Under the pieces are notes generated by a model, which did not search any database, was not told the DNA's origin, and saw nothing but the letters and a program-made list of their open reading frames with translations. A stretch of 64,000 bases of DNA. Source: Lama glama (Eukaryota). Location of the stretch: positions 77,626,001 to 77,690,000 of the forward strand of contig CM052816.1 in assembly GCA_028534125.1 (NCBI GenBank). Reading direction: 5' to 3'. Positions 1-10,985 of this stretch are shown here, piece after piece. Made by a program: the position numbers and the translations under genes. Position 1 is the stretch's first letter. The number at the start of each line of letters is the position of its first letter.

Positions 1-1785
1 TATATCCAAGAAATCACTGCTTATTCCAACATTGTGAAATCTTTCTGTGTGTTTTCTTCTAGGAGTTTTATAGTTTCAGCTCTTACATTTAGGTCGTTAT
101 TTTTGTATACAGTGTAAGATAAAGATCTATCTTCATTCTTTTGCATGTGGATATTCCGTTTTCCCAACACCATTTATTGAAGAGACTATCTTTTTCCCAT
201 TGTGTAGCCTTAATATCCTTGTCAAAGATCACTTGACCATAAACGTAAAGGTTTATTTTGGGGCTATTTAGTTCCACTGGTCTAAATGTCTGTTTTATGC
301 CAGAACCATACTGTTTTGATTACTATAGCTTTGTAATATGTTTGAAATCAGAACACCTCCAGTTTTGTTCTTCTTTCTCAAGACTGTTTTGGCTATTTGG
401 GATCCTTTGAGATGCTATATGAATTTTATGATTTTTTTTCTCTTTCTTCAAAAAATGCCATTGGGATTTTGATAGAGATCGCACTGAATCTATATATGGC
501 TTTGGGTCATGTGGACATTTAAATGATATTAAGTTCCATTCCATGAACATGAGATCTCTTTCCATTTATTTGTGTCTTCTTTGATTTCTTTCACCAGTGT
601 TTTATAGTTTTCAGTGTACAAATTTTAACTCCTTGGTTAACTTTATTCCAGAGTATTTTATTCTTTTCAATGCTATTGTAAATGGGATTGTTTTCTTAAT
701 TTCCTTTTTGGACTGTTCACTACTAGTGCATTGAAATGCAACTGATTTTTGAGTGCTGGTTTTGCATGCTGCAACTTTGCTGAATTAGTGTATTAGTTCT
801 AGCGGTTTCTTTTTTGTAGAATCTTTAGGGCCTTCTACATGTAAGATCATGTCATCTGTAAACAGATAATTTTACTTCTTCCTTTCCAATTTGAATGCCT
901 TCTACTTCTTTTATCTTGCCTAACTGCTCTGGCTGAGACTTCCAGTACTATGTTGAATAAAAATGGTGAGGGTGGGCATCTCTGTCTTGTTTCTATCTTA
1001 GAGGAGAAGCTTTCATTTTTTTCACTTTTAAGTATGAGATTAGCTGTGTGCTTTTAATATATGACCTTTATTATGTCAAGTTAATTTCCCTCTATTCCTA
1101 CTCTGTTCAGTGTTTTTATCATAAAGTGATTTTAAGTTGTGTCAAGTGCTTTTTCTGCATCAATTGAAATTATCATGTGAATTTTGTCCTTTATTCTGTT
1201 AATGTGGTGTATTGCAATTCATTGATTTTTTTATGTTGATCCATCTTTAAATCCAAGGGATAGATCCTACTTGGTTATGGTATATAATCCTCTCACTGTG
1301 CTCTTGAATTTGGTTTGCTAATATTTTGTTGAGGATTTTTTGCATCAGTAATTCATCAGGGATATTGGTCTGCAGTTTTCTTTTCTTGTAGTATCTTTAT
1401 CTGGCTTTGGTATCAGAATAGCGGTGTCCTTATAAAAGGAGTTTGGAAGTGTTCTCTCTTCTTCAATTTTCTGGAAGAGTTTGAGGAGGACTGATGGTAA
1501 TTCTTCTTTAAATGTTTGGTAGAATTCTTGGTGAAGCCATCTCATCTGGGACTTTTCTTTGTTGAGAGGTTTTTGACTACTGATTCAATCTCCTTGGTAG
1601 CTATAGTTGTGTTCAGATTTTTTAATCTCTCCATGATTTATTCTTGGTAGTTTGTGTATTTCTAGGAATATGTCCTTGTAGGTTATCCAATTTGTTGGCA
1701 TATAATTGTTCATGGTAGCCTCATATTCCTTTTCTGTGCCATCAGTTGTAATCCTCTTCTACTTCTGCTTTTAGTTGTGTGTCAT
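1..1785 (-). mobile_element. Old L1 (L1M-type) ORF2 fragment, degenerate; continues beyond window start
   Basis: Minus-strand peptides match L1 ORF2: [51 protein letters not shown] (1345-1545) and [22 protein letters not shown] (89-277). Many stops and frameshifts. Confidence 0.95.
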
Positions 1786-1879
1786 CATGTTTAAAGAGAG
1801 ATTGTTGAATTAGATGCTTTCTAAGGCCTCTGTAGCTCTGAAATTCTTTGGCATCTTAAAGGAACATTTAAAAGCATGT

Positions 1880-2700
1880 TATAAAATATTCAAGACCTAC
1901 AAAATGATATAAAGAAGAGTACAATGAATATGCACTCAGCTTAAGAAATAAAAGTTACCAGAAGAGTAGATAACTTTCTGTGTATCCTTCCCCTGAGATT
2001 TGGGCTCCTTCTCCAACCTAGGAGATCTCACCATCCTGAATTTTGTGTTTTTCATTTTCATGCATTTCTTTATACTTTTATTATGTGCATGTGTATGGAT
2101 CCCTGAGAAATACGTGGTATTTTGCCTGCCTTTAGCTTTATATCAGGAGTATCATACAATATTTATTAGTCTACGAGTAGCTTTTGTTCTCTTAAATTTT
2201 TGTTTGTGACTTTCATCCATGTAGCTCTTGTTCATTTTTACCCTTATCTAGTACTTGATTATATGAAGGTACCACAGTTTATTTATGCACTGTGGATGGA
2301 CGTTAGGTTGTTCCCATTGTTTTGTTTTAACCAGTAATCTTACTCGAGACACACACGTTCAGATCTCCTTTGCACTCGTGTGAGACTTGCCTTACTAGTG
2401 GACTACCTGGGGCAAAGGGAATGCACATCTTCACCTTGTCTAAGTAATGCCAACATTTTCTCTAAAGTAATGGAACTAATGTATACCCCTACCAGCAGGG
2501 CATAGGATTTCTCATTGTTCAACATCCGTACCATCACTTTGAATATCAAAACATTTCTGTACCCAATCTAATGGCATAAAATGGTAGCCTGGTGTAGTTT
2601 TCCCTTGCATTTCCCTGATGACCACTGCAAAAGTTCATGTTGTCACATGTTTAAAAGCCATTTAAGTTTCCTCCTTTGTGAATTGCCTCTTCTTTTTTTT
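1880..2700 (-). mobile_element. Ancient L1 (L1ME-like) 3' region fragment
   Basis: Degenerate antisense L1 3' motifs (cacagtttatttatgcac..gatggacgttaggttgttcc; ttgcatttccctgatgacc) ending next to a poly-T run. Confidence 0.7.
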
Positions 2701-4224
2701 TTTTTTTTTTTGCTACCTTTGATTTTTAACACAGATGAATTTTGTTCACTACCTATCCTGGGAAAGTCATAGCTTGCCGGACCAGATCTCACTATTGTGA
2801 ACTGCATTCTTGGGGAATTTATAACATTGCTTCCACTTGTACCACGAGGATGTGTGAACGAGCATCATCTGTCCTTAGGTGCATTCAGTGTATCCACATT
2901 TTCTTCTTCACACCAGCCAGTTCAGGTGGAGAATGCAAGTCTCCTGTTAGAAAATTGAAACTTGGAGTCTTCACAGCGCTTACTGCAGAGCTGCTGCTGA
3001 TTCTATCCAGATGGCCACCTGCCCCACCCCATCTGGAGAGCCCTGAGCACGCACGGGAGGGAGGCCGGGCACACTCACTTTCCAGTCAAGAGTCATGGAG
3101 TTATGGCTCATGCTCTCATACTGAGAATTTCCTGGGTTTTATGGAGAAATGTGTATTCCTGGTATTTTTCAAAGCTGCAAAATACTAACATTTATCTAGA
3201 GATGTGTCACAAGTGAAGCCAAAAGAAACATGCCCACGGTTGAATTTGAGATTTCTCTAACCGCAGTTTTGGAGCAGAGTGTTCACCAAAGAAGGGTCAG
3301 GATTGAAAAGGCAAAGAGCCTCTTGGGTTCATTCTTGTTTAACTCTTCTCACAGAAAATGAATTTTGCCCACAAGGGGTTTAAGCAAGTCAGGATGGCGG
3401 TGGGCACAGAGGATAAATCGGCCTCGAGTTTATGGGAGTTACTGCTGCTGCTGCCACTGCGGATCGTTGTCCCAGCTGCAGTCAGGCTGGGCTGGTTTGC
3501 AGAGTGTAACACTAGTGTAGACAGCGTGTCCAAAGTGGGTACGTTGCCACTGGAGAAGAGTAAACTCCCATTGTCAGAGCCCAGAGTGAAAACAGAAATT
3601 GTGGCTCTGAAATGAGACAGTGCACGGGGCATTCAGGAGGCAGAGAGGACAGGCTCCCCCCGGCCCAGTTCCTAGCCCCCTTCCAAAATATGTACACACA
3701 CACACACACACACCAGTTCAGAAAAGCGTATCTACTCCACATAGCCCTCATTCTGCTGATTTTACTTTCTCCTATTTCTACTTCTAAGCCAAAAGTCAGA
3801 TGCATGCAGAACAACAACAAAAAAAGCAAAAAAATTCTAACTCTCAGACCTGAAATTCATAAAATGAACAAACATGTTTACCAGCAGATCGTGAAGCAAA
3901 CTGACATACCATCAATATGTTAGTCAATCAATGCACAATTATTGATTGTGAGGTGTGTGCATTCTGGATGCGAAGGCCCCTGTGGCTTCCCAGGGCCCCC
4001 TAGAATGGGTATTCAGAAATATCCCACACTTGTGTGGCTGTTTCAGTTTTCAATCAGCATCTTAGACAGCCAATAAAAGAAATATAGAAAAGATGGAGCT
4101 AAGTAGAGACCAACCAGAAGATTATGGAAGGACCTGGGACAAGGGTCTCTTTGAAATTAATGAACTAATCAGTACATTTGCAAACATTTGTTTAGGAGCT
4201 GCCATATGATGTCAATGTCTGTGT

Positions 4225-4392
4225 CTTACTGGCGATGTAAAATAGCTTTCCCTTTGTGCCTCAGTTTTCTCAGCTGTAAGTTGGGGGTAATAATAGTACC
4301 TACCTTAAAGGATTGTTATGAGTATCAATGAAATATCATATCTGAAGCATGCAGAACAGTGCTGGACGTGTATTAATTATGCAATCAATATT
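4225..4392 (+). mobile_element. MIR SINE
   Basis: MIR core gtgcctcagttttctcagctgtaagttgggggtaataatagtacctacc..ggattgttatgag. Confidence 0.85.
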
Positions 4393-4684
4393 AAGAAAGG
4401 AGAAAAATCATAAGCACATAGAAACTGAACAACAATAAAGACATCAAAGAAGAGATGTGACAAGGCAGTTCATTATTAATTGCCAGACAAGTGCTTCTCA
4501 CCCGTGAATGTCATAACCGAGGGCACAGAGCTAAGAAGGAGCCAAAAGAGTTTGGTTTCTCTCACTAGCCAAGCACCTGCCTTTTGCACGTGTCTGAGAG
4601 GCTGCAAACTGGGTCCCTCCAGAGACACCATGGATCATGATGGGCTTTGGGGAAAGGACGCAGAGCTGCCTCTTAGCACAGAGG

Positions 4685-4930
4685 TGATGCAGCGGAGGGC
4701 TGGAGAGTGCAGCTGTGGTGCCAGACCGCCAAGTTCAAAGCCCAGCACTGGCACCTACTACTTGTAAGTTCCTGGGAAAGTTATTTAACTCTTCTGAGTC
4801 TCAGTTCCTTGAACGTAAATGAGGAATGATAACAGTATCTATTTCATAGGTTGGCATGAGGATTAAATGAGACTTTAACATAACGCTTTGAGAGAGTACC
4901 TGGGTGGATACAAGTTAAATTGCTCATTTA
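4685..4930 (+). mobile_element. MIR SINE
   Basis: aagttatttaactcttctgagtctcagttcc..gtaaatgaggaatgataacagtatct..gaggattaaatgag. Confidence 0.85.
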
Positions 4931-5094
4931 AATTGGATGCTAAACCAGCTGCTTCTTCAAGGTCTCGAGGGAAAGATATTCCACAACCTGCCACAGTGGT
5001 CAACCTGCTCTGGGGGGAGGGGTGGTTCAAAACTCTCTCTAGTTTAGGAAATCCTCCCTTTTTTAAGTGTAGGTAAGTTGAGAGGGACATTAGA

Positions 5095-5235
5095 GATTGT
5101 TATAAACCAACTCATTCTACATATGAGGAAACTGACCTGGAAAGTTTAAGTGACTTGCCAAAGTCATCCAGATGGTTAGTGGCAGGGCTGCGGTGGCTCC
5201 CAGTTCTCCTGACTCCCAGGTCCATGCTCTTCCTA
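5095..5235 (-). mobile_element. MIR SINE
   Basis: Antisense core atgaggaaactga..aagtgacttgccaaagtca. Confidence 0.8.
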
Positions 5236-5859
5236 CCAGGTTTGCATTTAGTGTTTCCCTCTACAGGCCCTCTCATCCCATGCTCACTGTAGTAGAGATG
5301 CTTTGGTCCTCGTGATTGCAAATGTGTAGGTAGAACATTCTAAGCTCTTCACAATCTGGCCCTTTTCTACCTGGAAGGGCACCTCCCACAAAGCCTCCCT
5401 CTTTCCCACGTGGGTGCTGGACAAACTGCAAAATCAAAGGGTGCAAATGCAGCCAGAATATCACCTTTATTATGGATAAAGGCTGAAATGGAGGACATAG
5501 CTTAGTATGCAAGCCCAGGGGCCTGCCAGCTGACCCCCGATTAGGCAGATTCCCACACACAGCTCCTGGCATGTATTGACCCACGGAGGAGAGGTTTCCA
5601 TAAAGCAGACATTCTGGATTCTAAGGGGAAGAAGAAGGATAGGGCTGAGCAGAACCTGCTCTGTATCCTTCCCCAATTTGCCAGTCAGAGAAGTCACTGC
5701 ACCTCCCCAAGGGTGGACAGACCTCAGGGGCATGTGTAGAAAACATCCCCTTTCTCAGAAATCAAGAGTGGGAAAGATTTCCTTTTTCCAACCACTCCTC
5801 TCTTGCTCCCTACTCTCTGGCCCTACCAACCACTTGTAAGCCTTTGGCCCTACTCTGTT

Positions 5860-6200
5860 CCTGGTTCTGCTCACACTGTTCTTCTTGAACACAGTGTTTG
5901 GCCTTCTGAGTCCTCAGGTGTTGCGTGCCCACTCATCTTTCAAGACTTGGTTCATGCATCAGTTTCTGTACAAAGCTCTTCCTTCCTCTTCTCATTTCTA
6001 CCGTCCACCCTCCATAGGGTAGGAATGGGCAGCCTCTTGCTTGTGTTCCCATTGTGTCCAGTACAGACTCTCCTCCTAGCCCTTTTGGCACTTCATTGCA
6101 CTTAATTTCCCAAAGGCAGAAGCCACTCATATTATGTTCAAAGCCTTACACAAAACTCTGAACAGGGTCGGTCTTCCATAACGTTTTGTTGAATAAGTGA
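5860..6200 (+). mobile_element. L2 3' fragment
   Basis: Pyrimidine-rich L2-like body ending in ttgttgaataagtga (degenerate TGAA tail). Confidence 0.55.
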
Positions 6201-6479
6201 TATTGAATACTTTTCCTAGGTATATTCGAGTCCTTGTCTTCTTTCCCTACTAACGGAATCTCATTCTTTTTACCCATTAAGTGCCAGCAGGTGTGTGGCG
6301 CTGTTAGGTACTGCAAAGATACACAGTTTGTAGCCTTCCCTTTCTAGAATCATAAAGTCTACTTGGACAGATAAGGTACGGTCACAAGAAACAATCAAGT
6401 GTGTGTCCTTCATTGATACAAACATTTTTCTGCACTCATTAAACACTTTATAATTTACGAAGCTAAGTCTGCACAATCT

Positions 6480-6650
6480 GCGTTGGATCTAATGACCACC
6501 CTGTGAGTCAGAGTGTACTCATCAGCCCCCTTTGACAGATTAGGAAATTGGGCTTGAGAAGCATCTGATGGCTTAACCCAAACACACCCAGCTGGCATAT
6601 GACAGAACTGGAGCTTGCATCCAGACGTTTGACTCTTAACCCAGTGTGGT
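6480..6650 (-). mobile_element. MIR SINE
   Basis: ccccctttgacagattaggaaattgggcttgag..cagaactggagcttgcatccag. Confidence 0.7.
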
Positions 6651-8064
6651 CTTCACATCAAGCAGAAAAATGAAGTGATACAATGGAGAGTGTTTGGTAT
6701 CCCATGAAGGGAGAGTGGCAAGTACACCCTGCTAGTGTCCCGATAACCTTTGGTTAGGTTCAAAGGCCAGTGTGTGTGTGTGCTGGCTTCCTGAATCCCG
6801 ACACCCCCATGCTTTGATCGAAATCTGCCAGTAGATGAAGTCCAGTGTCTTTCAGCCAAACAAATGGGGAAAGTTGGACAGAGGTTAGGGGCTGGGGAAA
6901 GCATTACCTAAGGTGGAAGACATATAATGATCCATGTCTTCATAGATTCCTGCTATCCTAGCACTGAAGCTTCAAGTCTTACGAAAATCTTGTATCAAAA
7001 ATATCTCTTGAAGACTGTGTGGGATGGTGGTGGAATGAGCAAATCTGAGTGGGAACGGAGTCATTTTCTGCCCCAAAGAGGGATTATGATAAACAAACCA
7101 TGGGATGGAAATCATTCAGATTTAAGAAAGAGAGTGCTGCTTGTCCCTGCGTCTGAACGGGTGCCTGCAATTTCCTATCTTTAGCTTTTACTTGAAGGCA
7201 ATAGGCCTTTCCAAGCCTTTGGCCGAACTCTCCTTGTGATAGTGCCTGTAATTCCCCTCAGAATACTTCGATGTAGACAGCATGATGTGCATGTGTGAGT
7301 GCAAGTTAACTACACGCTCCATTCATGAATGTTGGAAGACAAGTACTCTGGAGTGAACACCACCGAGGAAGAACAGAAAAAAACACTTCGGCTCTCCCGA
7401 TCTACACCTGTAGCTGAGAGTTGGTTAATTAGCATGAAGGATGGTAAAGTAGGTGTTCATTGGTGAAGTAAATGGTGTTCAAGTTAAGTGATCGCCTAGA
7501 AAATGTGTAAAGGCATTTCCGTCCTTGCCTAAATCTGCTGATCAACCACCTTCTTGGTAGGGCTGTTCTTGACTTGGAATTTCATTTGTCCTCTGTCTCC
7601 CAGACTTGGTGGAAGATGTGTGTGCTGATTCTGCTGTCAGAATGTTTGATATGTTCGCCTCGCTTGCTTGGGTAAGTCTGATGCAATGTGCTTGTCAGAT
7701 TGCCTCAGAGGACCAAGAGTGGGGACGGATCAGCTTGCATGGTTGTCTGGGGACCCGAGTGCTGGTTAATATCAGAATGTGGTAGAATGGGGTCTGAGAC
7801 TTGCTTTTATTGTTGCTTACCACCCTGGAAGCCAGGATGTGGAGGAAGAACACACAGAGTTTCACCCACCCCCAACTGTTGGAGGTGACCAATATTTACC
7901 ACTAGAGTCCATCCATTGCTAATGGCCAAAGTGGCTTTAAGTTCTTTTGCAAAAGTACTTAACCGTCTCCTACATTCTTAACAATCCCTTTCATTCTTTT
8001 CACCTCTTTCTTCCTTCCTCATCCACAGTTCTGTTGAACGACACCCAATCAAAGGAAAGGGCAC

Positions 8065-8260
8065 CCAATTACTGAATGCTTACTCTTGTGCCCTTTATAT
8101 GCATTGTCTCACTAAATCCTCACTTACAGTAATGTAAAATCATTATCCCATTAGTAAAAAAGTTGACTCTCAGAGGGTTAAGAAACCACCCCAGCATCAC
8201 ACAGCTAGTAAGTGATAAAGCTGAGATTTCAAAAGCTTGGAATCAAGAACACGTGGTCTT
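8065..8260 (-). mobile_element. MIR SINE
   Basis: attatccccatt..gactctcagagggttaag..atcacacagctagtaagtg. Confidence 0.8.
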
Positions 8261-8439
8261 TTCAGCAGACAACTTCACACACTGTTTTGAAAGGGGCTAA
8301 TAATGGTTGGCACTTTATGCGCTTACATTAGATGGCCTCACCCAAGGGTTTTAAAGAAATGGAAACGGGTCATAATGACTTGTGATCACCTTTGCCTTTC
8401 AAGACCATCCTTCTGCTGTAAACAGGGAGAGCTTATTCC

Positions 8440-8822
8440 CTCTGAGGAGAGAAGTTTGTTCTCCAGTTGCTCTAGCTATGCTGGCCTACTTGTTGGTCTC
8501 TGAATAGACCAACTTCACTTTTGCCTTGAGTCTGGACTTTTCTCTCCTTCAGGTCTTTCTCAGACAGCCTTCCCAGGCCACCCTTTTTATAGTCCCAGTC
8601 CCATTCCAGTGTTCCTATTCCTCTTCCCTGTTTTGTTCCTTTCTATGCACATATGTATCTTATTCGTTTATTTGTGGGTTATCTGTCTCCCCTGACCATG
8701 GTATACCCTCCCTGGGAACAAAGGCTTTATTCCTGCAGGTTTGCCAGCACCTAGAATACTGCCTGCCTTTTAGTGTTGCTCCAGATGGATTTGTTGAATG
8801 AATGAATGAATGAATGAACAAA
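8440..8822 (+). mobile_element. L2 3' end with (TGAA)n tail
   Basis: cagcacctagaatactgcctg..atttgttgaatgaatgaatgaatgaatgaa, the canonical L2 terminus. Confidence 0.85.
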
Positions 8823-10099
8823 TGCATTTATAACATTGTTTCTACCGACTTCCAGATTCAAACAACTAATGTATAAGCTGACTTTTGGAACATAAGTCAG
8901 TTCACAAATATGGACTTTCTGGACATTTTTGTGTATGCTAATAATGGAATACAGAAATGGTTTTTCACTAAGTCATTTAAACCTAGTCTCACCTCAGATC
9001 GAGCTGAGGACCATCCAAACCTTGAGATAGGTCCAGGGAAGACGACTCACAGAGCCCTGCATTCAGCTGGAAGCTATGGGGGAACAGAGCAGGGGCTTTG
9101 CTGAGTTGGACGTTGAGGCAAATGGCCTGGAACTGAAAACAGAGAAAAGGACAGCCAGTGGGAGAAGGGCAATCTAGCTGTAGATACCGAGAACCTACTG
9201 TGAGTCCAGCACTGTGCTGGGCAGCATGGGCCAGACACGGTCTCCATTATGATGCTAAGGAAGGAGCCTCGGGGTTGTGGGGAGCTGGGGGGGAGGAGCC
9301 CGAGATGCGCAGGAGAACAGGACCTGCTAAGCTGCTTGTTAGGAGGAGAGACCCGGAGGAGGAGAGAGCCAGGCCGGGGGGTTTTTAGAGGCAACTCGCT
9401 GAAGTAGGTGGTCCTGCAGCTGACCCTGGGTCTACAGCCTCTGGAGGGAAGGGAGCACAGAGTGCTTGTCCCAGCCTGGCCCAGGAGAACTGTTGCTGCA
9501 GAAACAGGGCCCAGGGTGCTACAAGCACAAAGCTCTGTGCTAGCAAATCTAAAAATACCCACCCTCACTAGTTTTTTCTTTCCCTCTTGGTCTCTTTTCT
9601 TCTCACCCTCCTTTCTATTTTCTTACTTCTCCGATGATCCTTTCTGGCAACCCCGAGACTCACTGGCTCATCTCCCCCAGGGAACCTTGTCCGCACTGGG
9701 TGGGCCCGCTGTGCAGGTACAGGTTGGCCGCAGCTCCAGGGGCCCCCCTCCCTGGCCCCCTTCAACTCAGTTCTTTCAAATGCCAATTAACAGGTGTCAG
9801 AAATGCTGGCCCTGACTAAGAGACCCACGTCTGCATAACAACCCAACTATTTTGGCTGCCCAGCCCGCGAGCATAAATATCGTGGTGTTTGAGCCCTCGG
9901 GGCCTGTGGAGCTCACAAGTATGCTGTCAAGAGCTCTTCATTGGGCCAGTGCTTGAAGTGCTGCCAAACAGCCAGGGGACTCCTGTGCTTTTATGTGTTC
10001 CCAAGCGCAGGCCGCTCTGGCTCCAGGAGGAGCCCTCCGGGGACCCAGTGTCGGTGTGAATCTCAAACAGCAAGCTGACATTCCGGTTGGGAGTGTGAC

Positions 10100-10985
10100 A
10101 GTGCATGCCTGGGTGATGATGCCAGGGCGGCAGGTGACACGGGTCCACCGCAGAGGGGGAGCGTAACTGGAGTGGCTTCCAGTTACATGTCCTCAGAGCT
10201 CTGAAGGATGGAATCGGGGTTGGGGGAAGGGTTATAAAGTGATGTTACAAAATCCGGACGTCCTGATCCAATCGAGACCACTGACATGGGGCATTCGGAG
10301 CACCAGTGCTTCCAAAACAGGCATCCGACTTGGGCTAATCTAGGATTAAGGACATGGCAAGCCAGAGCGACAGACCACCGTCAACCAGTGAAAACGCTCC
10401 CCGGTGCGCGCACACGCACACACACGCACCCGCACCACCTGCCAGACACCGAGAGCAGGCATCGCACCCGTCGGATGCGCCCTCCATGCCTCGCAGAGGA
10501 AGCCTCCTTCTGGACGCTCTCCCCTCCTTCCTCCCCCAGGCCACATGCCGGCCACTGAGGTTCTAACTCAGGGTAAACATTTGAAAACAGGGTGGCTGCC
10601 AGGGAGGAGAAAAAAGAGGCGAGGGTGGAATGGGATGGGGTGGGGCATGGCGACAGGAAGAGCTCAAAAGATTCTCAAGTTGGGTGACGACCAAGGTTGG
10701 CTTGTCCCATAGGGCAGTTGGGCCCCGGTCTGGCGGGCGTGCGGGAGCGGGTGTAATGCGCGCTTCTGCCCGGTGGGGGCAGCCTTTCCTCTGCCTTGAC
10801 CGGCACACCTCAGGCTGTGTTCAGGGTTTGGATCTGTTGAAACTTCTATCAACTTGATTTCACCCCAACAAGAACTGTGGCGAATGGTGGGCGCAAACTC
10901 TGCCTCATCCACTTTGGCGTCTGCACAGCAAGTTCGAAAAATCTACAAGAAGCGGCTTGATGGGGGGGGGGGCGGTGCTCCTGAG
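10100..10985. promoter_or_regulatory. CpG/GC-enriched unique segment, candidate regulatory element
   Basis: Visibly high CpG density (ccggtgcgcgcacacgc; ggcgggcgtgcgggagcggg; atgcgcgc), a G4 motif at 10623-10645 and no recognisable repeat. CpG O/E not computed. Confidence 0.4.

Noticed and set aside
3358..3615. 85-aa ATG-initiated ORF with a Leu run
   Set aside because: No recognisable homology; the Leu run comes from a short CTG repeat; length is within chance.
8993..9132. Minus-strand candidate exon
   Set aside because: Splice-like sites are present, but the translation is unrecognisable, donors compete and there are no partner exons.
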